From positions 248,001 through 312,000 of the IMG/VR virus record IMGVR_UViG_3300037882_003354: a stretch of 64,000 bases of DNA; one strand, written 5' to 3'. Within the stretch, counting starts at the first letter, position 1; each line of letters starts with the position of its first letter. A program made the position numbers and the translations under genes. The notes under the pieces are model-generated. The model was given only the letters and a program-made list of their open reading frames with translations. It was not told the origin of the DNA and ran no database searches. This document shows, piece after piece, positions 55,026-62,168 of the stretch.

Positions 55026-55033
55026 TATAAATA
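55026..55033 (+). promoter_or_regulatory. T4-type late promoter TATAAATA upstream of tRNA-Ser
   Basis: Exact match flanked by CACGT/ACGTG. Confidence 0.5.
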
Positions 55034-55053
55034 CACGTGAAGAACAATGAACT

Positions 55054-55141
55054 GGATAGTTGGCCGAGTGGTTAAGGCAACGGTTTGCTAAACCGTCGCT
55101 CCGAAAGGGGCGCATAGGTTCGAATCCTATACTATCCGCCA
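55054..55141 (+). tRNA. tRNA-Ser(GCT)
   Basis: ACGGT-TTGCTAA-ACCGT, long variable arm, G73, CCA. Confidence 0.93.
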
Positions 55142-55151
55142 AATTTATCCT

Positions 55152-55227
55152 GGGTCCTTAACTCAGCCGGTAGAGTGTCTGCCTTAAAGGCAGAATGTCG
55201 TCAGTTCGAACCTGGCAGGACCCACCA
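55152..55227 (+). tRNA. Class I tRNA with anticodon TAA (nominally Leu)
   Basis: TCTGC-CTTAAAG-GCAGA; 5-nt variable loop ATGTC; A73, CCA. Confidence 0.8.
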
Positions 55228-55233
55228 ACACAT

Positions 55234-55315
55234 GCATCAGTGTCAGATTGGGAATGAAGCGGTCTGCAAAACCGCTCCGAAAGGGAAGTAGGTTCGATTC
55301 CTACCTGATGCTCCA
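55234..55315 (+). tRNA. tRNA-Cys(GCA) with long variable arm
   Basis: GCGGT-CTGCAAA-ACCGC; U73; variable region TCCGAAAGGGAA. Confidence 0.88.
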
Positions 55316-55338
55316 ATTAATTTTACCACTTGCCACTG

Positions 55339-55367
55339 TTGACGCATAACTAAGATATGTATACACT
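55339..55367 (+). promoter_or_regulatory. sigma70-type promoter
   Basis: TTGACG-17 nt-TACACT. Confidence 0.65.
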
Positions 55368-55373
55368 TTATTC

Positions 55374-55484
55374 ACGGTTGTGAGTGGAATTGGCAGACCT
55401 CCAAAAGAATCGTTGTATGATTTGAGGGATGGGGCAGAGTTATAAACATCGCCTTTGTAGGTTCGAGACCTACCAACCGTACCA
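55374..55484 (+). ncRNA. 111-nt tRNA-like element with expanded anticodon/variable region
   Basis: ACGGTTG/CAACCGT-A-CCA; Leu-type D loop GGAATTGGCAGAC; T arm GTAGG-TTCGAGA-CCTAC. Confidence 0.7.
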
Positions 55485-55527
55485 AAAATAAAAATAATAA
55501 TAATAACAATAACAACATATATCATTT

Positions 55528-56349
55528 ATGATCATAGATTGCTTTACATTTTTTAACGAGCTGGATGTGCTGGAGGGTAGATTGGAATATCTGTATGACA
55601 CAGTGGATTATTTTGTCATTGTGGAAGCCGATATAACACACAGTGGTGCTGCCAAGCCCATGCAATATGCAGAAAACATGCGTCGGTACCACAAGTATTC
55701 AAAGAAAATATTGTACATGCCCGTGTCCATTGATCCCAGTCAGTACAATCTTGATTACCGGCCTGCGACATTTGAACCCACTGCACCACAATGGAGTGTG
55801 GAAAATCTGCAAAGGAATCACATAGCCAAGGCCTTGGCGCTGTTTCCTGATGATGCCATGGTGGGCATAAGTGATGCGGATGAAATCCCCAGCAAATCAG
55901 CCATTGAACTGGCCAAGTACATCCTGGGTTCTGAAACAGAGGCCTGCTGTCTGGAGCAAGAGATGTTTTATTATAATTTCCGCCAGCAGGCCACCATTGG
56001 ATGGATACCTGGTGCCCTGGTCACCAACCGATTTGCCAAGCAAGTGTCTCCGCAGGGAGTTAGAAATCAAGCCATGTGGGGTCAGTTAACTCGAATTCCA
56101 CAGGGTGGCTGGCACCTGAGCTATTGGGGATCGCCTGAAGACATTTCGTATAAAATTAAAAATTTTGCACATCAAGAACTAAACAATGCTGAATTCACTA
56201 ACATTGATAACATTCAACAACGTATAGCAACAGGGCGAGACCCGTTCGACCGTGCACCTATGGTGCATGTGGATCCCATGAGTTTGCCCAAATTGCCACA
56301 CGAAGTGGTTGGTATTTTTGGCAAAGATTTTAAAAATTTTACACGCTGA
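55528..56349 (+). CDS. GT17 (MGAT3-like) glycosyltransferase
   Basis: MIIDCFTFFNELDVL, FVIVEA, QRN, ISDADEIP, GGWHLSY. Confidence 0.85.
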   Translation: MIIDCFTFFNELDVLEGRLEYLYDTVDYFVIVEADITHSGAAKPMQYAENMRRYHKYSKKILYMPVSIDPSQYNLDYRPATFEPTAPQWSVENLQRNHIAKALALFPDDAMVGISDADEIPSKSAIELAKYILGSETEACCLEQEMFYYNFRQQATIGWIPGALVTNRFAKQVSPQGVRNQAMWGQLTRIPQGGWHLSYWGSPEDISYKIKNFAHQELNNAEFTNIDNIQQRIATGRDPFDRAPMVHVDPMSLPKLPHEVVGIFGKDFKNFTR

Positions 56350-56368
56350 CACCTGGAGTAATTAACAC

Positions 56369-58021
56369 ATGATCATAGATTGCTTTACATTTTTTAACGA
56401 ACTTGATCTGCTGGAAGGCAGGTTGGAATATCTGTATGATACAGTGGATTATTTTGTCATTGTGGAAGCTGATGTAACACACAGTGGCCAACCTAAACCA
56501 CTCAACTATCTGGAAAATATTGCAAGGTATCACAAATTTTCTGATAAAATTCTGTACTTTCCAGTGCACATTGATGTCAGCGCATACGATTGGAGTGTCA
56601 AACATGCTGCAGATGACCTAACATCACCACACTGGCAAGTGGAAAACCTGCAGCGCAATCACATAGCCACAGCGTTGAAATTATTTGATCCACAAGCATG
56701 GATCATGATTGGAGATCTGGATGAAATACCCAACCGTGATGTGATCCAGTATGCAATATCATGTGTAAATGACACCCAGCCCATGTGTACTTTCAGGCAG
56801 GACATGTTCTATTATAATTTCAATCAAAAGCAAATTGGCTCCTGGCCGGGCACAGTGGTGACCACCAATCAATACGTGATTAATCATGGCCCACAACAGA
56901 TCAGAATGTGGCGATGGGGCTTTGGAGTCACGTGCGGCTGGCACCTGAGCTACTGGGGTTCACCAGAAAAGATTAAACTTAAACTGGAAAATTTTGCACA
57001 TCATGAATATAACACAAGTGAGTTTACTGATGTGGATAAAATAGCAGAACGAATTAAAGCAGGCAAGGATATATTTGATCGTGGTGATCACTGCCGATGT
57101 ATTCCAGTGGATCGATCTTCACTGCCTGCAGATTTATTGAGAGTATTCGGAAAATACGAAATTATAAATGTTGATAACACAGTCCACCAACCTAAGAATT
57201 TAGTGCTGGGAATTGCACTGGGCTACGGTGTGGACGAAATAAAGAATTTTATTTTAAGTTTTAGGGCGTACAACCAACGGGATTGCATCAACCTGATCAT
57301 GGACCAGTCCACACTGGATAAAACCCAGAATTTTTTAAAGTCACAAAATGTGGACATCACGTTGTTTGATCTGCATGATGCAATGGGCACCACACCAGTG
57401 AACAATCTCAGATTTGAACAATATGGAAAGATTATCACTCAGGGAACATATAAAAATATTTTATCAACTGACATTCGGGATGTGATATTCCAGAAAGATC
57501 CCTTTGTAAACCTGCCCGACCATCCCTACCTGTACTTGTTTCAAGAAGACAGTGGTGTCCCCATTGGTGAAGAAGTATACAATTCATTGTGGATAAAAAA
57601 TGCATATGGTGATCAAATACTAGATCAAATAAAAGATCAATTGGTCATCTGCGTGGGCACAGTCATGGCCAGCGCACCAAAGATGTTGGAGTATGTGGAT
57701 TTCGTCACTGCTGAATTAAAAAAATTCAAGGAAAGATCCCCGGATGTCTGGAGAGCCCATGCGTTTGAACAGGCGCCGGGCATGTATTTGGGTTATGCAA
57801 AAGAACAAAAGATTCAGGGCCTGGAAATAAAACCCAGCGGACACATTGTGGGCACCATAGGACTGTCCCTGACACACCACCTGGCCCGTGATCAAATAGA
57901 AGGTCGAGGGGACGGATTCGTCTACGTGAACGGTCTAGTGCCGGAGATAATCCACCAATATGACCGACACAAAGAGCTGGTGGCATTCTTCAATCAGAAA
58001 TACAGCATGCCTGAGTCCTAA
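56369..58021 (+). CDS. GT17 glycosyltransferase fused to a second GT-A-like domain
   Basis: N half paralogous to 55528; C half (STDIRDVIFQKDPF, IIHQYDR) paralogous to 52230. Confidence 0.85.
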   Translation: MIIDCFTFFNELDLLEGRLEYLYDTVDYFVIVEADVTHSGQPKPLNYLENIARYHKFSDKILYFPVHIDVSAYDWSVKHAADDLTSPHWQVENLQRNHIATALKLFDPQAWIMIGDLDEIPNRDVIQYAISCVNDTQPMCTFRQDMFYYNFNQKQIGSWPGTVVTTNQYVINHGPQQIRMWRWGFGVTCGWHLSYWGSPEKIKLKLENFAHHEYNTSEFTDVDKIAERIKAGKDIFDRGDHCRCIPVDRSSLPADLLRVFGKYEIINVDNTVHQPKNLVLGIALGYGVDEIKNFILSFRAYNQRDCINLIMDQSTLDKTQNFLKSQNVDITLFDLHDAMGTTPVNNLRFEQYGKIITQGTYKNILSTDIRDVIFQKDPFVNLPDHPYLYLFQEDSGVPIGEEVYNSLWIKNAYGDQILDQIKDQLVICVGTVMASAPKMLEYVDFVTAELKKFKERSPDVWRAHAFEQAPGMYLGYAKEQKIQGLEIKPSGHIVGTIGLSLTHHLARDQIEGRGDGFVYVNGLVPEIIHQYDRHKELVAFFNQKYSMPES

Positions 58022-58028
58022 CATGCAG

Positions 58029-58058
58029 TTGACTGTTCAGTTGACCATGTAGTATACT
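58029..58058 (+). promoter_or_regulatory. sigma70-type promoter
   Basis: TTGACT-18 nt-TATACT. Confidence 0.6.
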
Positions 58059-58079
58059 ATCATTTACAAAGGAAAAACC

Positions 58080-58286
58080 ATGCCCAGACACTCATCACAA
58101 CAAGCAGTAGAAGCCGTTGGCAATCGCTATGACCTGGTGCACATTGCCAGCATCCGAGCACGAGAATTGTCTCGTGGTGCCGCGCCCTTGATCCCCACCA
58201 CCAACGGATTTCTAGTAACTGCACTAGCAGAAATCCAGGCTGGCGAGGTGGGTCGCGAATACCTGGATAAATTAAAACAACGGTAA
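58080..58286 (+). CDS. rpoZ: RNA polymerase omega subunit homologue
   Basis: AVEAVGNRYDLVHIASIRAREL...LVTALAEIQAG matches the omega pattern VGNRFDLVLVAARRARQL...VIALREI. Confidence 0.85.
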   Translation: MPRHSSQQAVEAVGNRYDLVHIASIRARELSRGAAPLIPTTNGFLVTALAEIQAGEVGREYLDKLKQR

Positions 58287-58296
58287 AAAAATAATT

Positions 58297-58381
58297 GGGA
58301 ATGTGGCGTAATTGGTAGCCGCACCAGATTTAGGTTCTGGCGCCGAAAGGTGTGTGAGTTCGAGTCTCACCATTCCCACCA
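58297..58381 (+). tRNA. tRNA-Leu(TAG)
   Basis: CCAGA-TTTAGGT-TCTGG, long variable arm, A73, CCA. Confidence 0.93.
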
Positions 58382-58404
58382 AAAATAACAAAAGGCGATA
58401 CAAC

Positions 58405-58647
58405 ATGGAAATAACACAACTAGAAATGGCATACACAGATCTGATCACAGATGCCAGTCCCGCCACCTTGCACATGGCAAATCGCGTGCGTGATATACTC
58501 ATGCAGCATGCGCCAGGCAACATGGACTCACTGGGCATGTTGACTGCACTGGATCCAGTGAGCCAGATTGAATTTCTGCCCAAAAGAGAACAAATGAAAA
58601 AATATATGAATTTGGTTTCTATTGCCATCAGGGACACAGCACCATGA
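58405..58647 (+). CDS. Hypothetical protein
   Basis: Start re-picked to MEITQL, downstream of the tRNA. Confidence 0.6.
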   Translation: MEITQLEMAYTDLITDASPATLHMANRVRDILMQHAPGNMDSLGMLTALDPVSQIEFLPKREQMKKYMNLVSIAIRDTAP

Positions 58648-58901
58648 CCAACCTGATAAAAGAAACACTGGAAAACGGCGACGTCTACGAATTTGATCTG
58701 GACGTATGCAACGCAGCGGCTGATCAGGCGCTGGAAGAACTCTTGGAAAAAGAGGGCGAGGTGGAAAACTTTGACTTTGTGGCCAGCGTCTTCAGCTTGT
58801 TTGTGGCCAGCATCAGCATCCTGACTCAGTCGGGTTGGACCACGGATGAGTTGATCAACGAAGTCATGGCCAGCACAGAACATACGGACACACAACATTA
58901 A
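58644..58901 (+). CDS. Hypothetical acidic protein
   Basis: 85-aa ORF, ATGA overlap. Confidence 0.65.
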   Translation: MTNLIKETLENGDVYEFDLDVCNAAADQALEELLEKEGEVENFDFVASVFSLFVASISILTQSGWTTDELINEVMASTEHTDTQH

Positions 58902-58915
58902 CACAAGGAAATCAA

Positions 58916-59098
58916 ATGAGCCACGGTGGAAAAGGCAGTAGAGCAAGACCCTACAGCGTGACCAATGACGAGTATTCTCGACGGTGGGACGCCATCTTTG
59001 GTCGCGACCTGGATAAAAAGACCCCGCCTGAAGAACCCACGCCGCCTGAAGTCGCTCCTGTGGAAAATGACACACACCCAATGCCCGCTGATAAGTAA
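58916..59098 (+). CDS. Hypothetical protein
   Basis: MSHGGKGSRARP...WDAIFG; AAGGA upstream. Confidence 0.65.
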   Translation: MSHGGKGSRARPYSVTNDEYSRRWDAIFGRDLDKKTPPEEPTPPEVAPVENDTHPMPADK

Positions 59099-59101
59099 TC
59101 A

Positions 59102-59130
59102 TTGACACTGTATAAGAAATTTGTTATAAT
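59102..59130 (+). promoter_or_regulatory. Consensus sigma70 promoter
   Basis: TTGACA-17 nt-TATAAT exact. Confidence 0.88.
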
Positions 59131-59140
59131 AATAAAATAC

Positions 59141-59223
59141 GCTGGAGTCGCATAGTGGCAATTGCAACGGTTTTGTAAGCCGTCGGGAAACCTCCGTGAG
59201 TTCGAGTCTCACCTTCAGCACCA
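59141..59223 (+). tRNA. tRNA-Thr(TGT) with long variable arm
   Basis: G1-C72, C2-G71; ACGGT-TTTGTAA-GCCGT; variable region CGGGAAACCTCC; CCA. Confidence 0.82.
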
Positions 59224-59245
59224 ATCGACATATAAAGTACATGGA

Positions 59246-59321
59246 GCGGCGTTAGCTCAGTTGGTAGAGCGCGATCCTTCCACGTTCGAGGTCATCGGTT
59301 CGAGCCCGATACGCCGCTCCA
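59246..59321 (+). tRNA. tRNA-Gly(TCC)
   Basis: GCGGCGT/ACGCCGC, U73, loop CTTCCAC, CCA. Confidence 0.88.
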
Positions 59322-59349
59322 TGTACTTCAACCTTTCAACCTCTTAATC

Positions 59350-59910
59350 ATGTCATTAACTGAATTTGCAAAAAACCATCATCCCAGAACCGACAAATAC
59401 GACCTGGGATACATTGACGAATTTTACCATGAGTTGTTTGCACCCAGGGTGCATGCTGTAAAAAATTTACTCGAGATTGGAGTTTATCAGGGCAATTCCA
59501 TTCTACTGTGGCGAGACTTCTTCCCCCATGCATCCATCACTGGAGTGGACATCAATCAATGTCCGCGATTGCACTCGGAACCCAGGGTAAATGTTTTTTA
59601 CGAAAACGCTTATGCCCAAAGTTTTGTTGACAAATTTCCCAAGAACTTGTTTGACGTCATTATTGACGATGGTCCGCACACATTTGAAAGCATGGAGTTC
59701 TTCTTAAAGAATTATCTAGCCTTGGTCAAGCCTGGTGGATTGTTGATTTTAGAGGACATCATTAATCCTGCATGGACTCCTGAGTTATTGAAATTGATTG
59801 ATCCTGGGGTCAGCAAGGTCACAGTGGTGGACATGCGAGGCAAGCAACTTAATGCTAATTTGTTGCAAGATTGGAAAAACGGTCTCGATGTAATTATTGT
59901 GGAAAAGTGA
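59350..59910 (+). CDS. Class I SAM-dependent methyltransferase
   Basis: LLEIGVYQGNS, ITGVDI, DVIIDDGPH, VKPGGLLILEDI. Confidence 0.88.
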   Translation: MSLTEFAKNHHPRTDKYDLGYIDEFYHELFAPRVHAVKNLLEIGVYQGNSILLWRDFFPHASITGVDINQCPRLHSEPRVNVFYENAYAQSFVDKFPKNLFDVIIDDGPHTFESMEFFLKNYLALVKPGGLLILEDIINPAWTPELLKLIDPGVSKVTVVDMRGKQLNANLLQDWKNGLDVIIVEK

Positions 59911-59926
59911 TCAAGCGAGGTATCGC

Positions 59927-60391
59927 ATGCCTACATTGTATGTATTAGTGGGTGTTCCGGGCAGTGGAAAAAGCACCTGGGCACTGAGTCAAGAATGGGC
60001 ACTATCCTGTGCTTATATCAACACTGATAAATTTGTCCAAGCATATGCTAGGACCCGGGGCCAGACCTATTCAGAAGTATTTGAGTTCATCATGCCCCGG
60101 GCTGTGCGTATGATGACAGATGAGGTCATTGCTGCCCGAGAACAAGGTCAAGATATCATCTGGGATCAGACATCCACCACCAGGCACAGCCGTGAGAAGA
60201 AGTTGGTCATGTTGCCAGATCATCGCAAGATTGCAGTGGTGTTTGCCACACCTGATGCCGCTGAATTATCCCGGCGATTGAACAGCCGTCCGGGAAAAAT
60301 CATTCCTGATCATGTGGTAAATGACATGATTGAAAATTTTGAACAACCCACACTGGCAGAAGGATTTGATCAAATCTGGATGGTCAGTTGA
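59927..60391 (+). CDS. P-loop kinase, polynucleotide-kinase-like (AAA_33)
   Basis: LVGVPGSGKSTWA, INTD, IIWDQT, RRLNSR; start re-picked. Confidence 0.82.
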   Translation: MPTLYVLVGVPGSGKSTWALSQEWALSCAYINTDKFVQAYARTRGQTYSEVFEFIMPRAVRMMTDEVIAAREQGQDIIWDQTSTTRHSREKKLVMLPDHRKIAVVFATPDAAELSRRLNSRPGKIIPDHVVNDMIENFEQPTLAEGFDQIWMVS

Positions 60392-60403
60392 CTAGAGAGT
60401 ATC

Positions 60404-60970
60404 ATGCCATCAGTATTTTTAGTATCAGACACACATTTTTCACACCTGGGAGTCTGCCGATTTCTTCGTAGCGACGGCATAACCAAACTGCGTCCCTGGG
60501 ACTCGGCCGAAGAAATGGACGAGGAAATGGTACGACGGTGGAATGATCGTGTGCGACCCAACGATAAGGTATATCACTTGGGCGATGTGGTCATGAAACG
60601 CAAGGACCTGAGCATCATGAGTCGGCTGAACGGCGACAAGGTGCTGATCCGTGGCAATCACGACATCTACAAGATGTCTGATTACGCTGAATATTTCCGC
60701 GACATTCGAGGTTACCATGTGATGAATGGACTCATACTGAGCCACATTCCCATTCATGAGGAGAGCCTGGGCAGGTTTGGCACCAATGTGCATGGACATA
60801 CTCATGCCAACCGTGTGATGAAAGACGGTGCTATTGATGTTCGATATCACTGCGTCTGTGTTGAGCAAATTGACTACACTCCCATACTGTTTGAACATGT
60901 ACTCGAGCGAATTGAAGCAGAAGGCGGACATGTGGGGTTTCGTAATGGCAATGGTCCTGTGGCTGATTGA
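60404..60970 (+). CDS. Calcineurin-like metallophosphoesterase
   Basis: SDTHF, HLGDV, GNHD, SHIP, HGHTH. Confidence 0.9.
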   Translation: MPSVFLVSDTHFSHLGVCRFLRSDGITKLRPWDSAEEMDEEMVRRWNDRVRPNDKVYHLGDVVMKRKDLSIMSRLNGDKVLIRGNHDIYKMSDYAEYFRDIRGYHVMNGLILSHIPIHEESLGRFGTNVHGHTHANRVMKDGAIDVRYHCVCVEQIDYTPILFEHVLERIEAEGGHVGFRNGNGPVAD

Positions 60971-60971
60971 C

Positions 60972-61355
60972 ATGTCAGTTGTCCAATTTTTCAATAAAAG
61001 AAAACTATTAGCCATCTGCGGGTTATTGGTCTGCGGTGCAACTCATGCTCAATGGACACATGTCATGGACGATATATATCTTGACTTTCCAAAAATAAGG
61101 CAAATTAATAACAACACTTTCCAGGCTTGGATGCTTGCAAATACAAAAACTCCCGGTAGCTCGATGTTTTTAGCAGAATTTGACTGCCAAAAGAAACGTG
61201 TGAGCATGATACGAGTTGTAATTTTTGCTAAACCCATGGGAACGGGGGATGTGCTTCGTTCAGGAACATACTCTGATTGGGGCTCCATTATATCCGACAG
61301 CCCGCTGGATGCCGTGTCTACGGCACTTTGTCGTAAAACTAGAATAACTCATTGA
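60972..61355 (+). CDS. Probable exported protein
   Basis: Signal-like LLAICGLLVCGATHA, two Cys (EFDC...ALC); start re-picked. Confidence 0.6.
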   Translation: MSVVQFFNKRKLLAICGLLVCGATHAQWTHVMDDIYLDFPKIRQINNNTFQAWMLANTKTPGSSMFLAEFDCQKKRVSMIRVVIFAKPMGTGDVLRSGTYSDWGSIISDSPLDAVSTALCRKTRITH

Positions 61356-61380
61356 CAATATGACAGTAATACGTTATACT
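61352..61380 (+). promoter_or_regulatory. sigma70-type promoter
   Basis: TTGACA-17 nt-TATACT. Confidence 0.8.
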
Positions 61381-61411
61381 ATATACATAAGTTAACATAA
61401 AAGTTTATCAT

Positions 61412-61488
61412 GGGACGGCAGCTTGAGCATGAGGAGCACGGGTCTCATAAACCCGAGGTAATGGGTGCGAATCCCATACGTCCTACCA
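61412..61488 (+). tRNA. tRNA-CAT (Ile2 or elongator Met), divergent D and T loops
   Basis: CGGGT-CTCATAA-ACCCG; T loop TGCGAAT; D loop lacks GG; CCA. Confidence 0.72.
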
Positions 61489-61495
61489 GTACCCT

Positions 61496-61527
61496 GCCCG
61501 GCTATTGACAAGTAGCCGGGCATTTTG
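61496..61527 (+). terminator. Possible intrinsic terminator
   Basis: GCCCGGCTA/TAGCCGGGC hairpin followed by ATTTT. Confidence 0.5.
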
Positions 61528-61547
61528 GTCAACAGATAACCCTTATC

Positions 61548-62150
61548 ATGCATGTGTTAAGAACTTTACCCAGTCATGTGGCAGTTGCAGTGTCTGGCGG
61601 TGTGGACAGCCTGGTGCTGTTGCACTGGTTGAATCAACGTCGCCAGGTCACGGCAGTACACTACCGTCATGACAGTGATTTTGCACAGGAAGAATATTCA
61701 TTTGTCAGCGACTTCTGTCAAGAACGCGGCATCAACCTAATCACACAAACGCAGACACCCAGCGGCCAACATGGACTGAGTCAGGAAGAATATTGGAGGA
61801 GAGCACGATATGATTTTTTTAAAAACATTACACTACCGGTATGCACTGGTCATACACTGGATGATGCAGTGGAGTGGTATCTATTTTCCTGTCTTAATGG
61901 TCAAGGCCATTACATGGAATACAGTCACGCCAATGTGATCCGACCCTTCCTGGCCACTAGAAAATCTCAATTGATTGAGTATGCTCAGACCCATCAAATC
62001 GTCTGGTTGGAAGACCCCAGCAACCAAGATGTGGAGTTTGCCGCAAGAAACCGAATTCGTCATGACATTCTGCCCACCGCGCTCCTGATCAACCCAGGGC
62101 TACACAACATGGTGAGGAAACGAATTATTGAAAAATTAGGTCGGGTGTAA
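61548..62150 (+). CDS. tilS: tRNA(Ile)-lysidine synthetase, catalytic domain only
   Basis: AVAVSGGVDS, TGHTLDD, IRPFL, EDPSNQD, RNRIRH. Confidence 0.88.
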   Translation: MHVLRTLPSHVAVAVSGGVDSLVLLHWLNQRRQVTAVHYRHDSDFAQEEYSFVSDFCQERGINLITQTQTPSGQHGLSQEEYWRRARYDFFKNITLPVCTGHTLDDAVEWYLFSCLNGQGHYMEYSHANVIRPFLATRKSQLIEYAQTHQIVWLEDPSNQDVEFAARNRIRHDILPTALLINPGLHNMVRKRIIEKLGRV

Positions 62151-62156
62151 TATACT
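62128..62156 (+). promoter_or_regulatory. sigma70-type promoter
   Basis: TTGAAA-17 nt-TATACT. Confidence 0.55.
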
Positions 62157-62168
62157 AATAACTACACG

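Noticed and set aside
54785-55030. 81-aa + strand ORF
   Set aside because: Starts inside the 22-bp stem with no clear Shine-Dalgarno; the region is better explained as structured RNA
55152-55227. Ochre suppressor tRNA (anticodon TTA)
   Set aside because: Stem pairing TCTGC/GCAGA fixes the loop as CTTAAAG, so positions 34-36 are TAA
58272-59108. 278-aa minus strand ORF
   Set aside because: Runs antisense across tRNA-Leu and three + strand genes; no motifs
59141-59223. tRNA-Tyr(GTA), suggested by the long variable arm
   Set aside because: Stem register ACGGT/GCCGT places TGT at 34-36; G1-C72 and C2-G71 fit Thr
59235-59328. attP / integration site at tRNA-Gly
   Set aside because: The repeat is inverted rather than direct, and no integrase is present in the window
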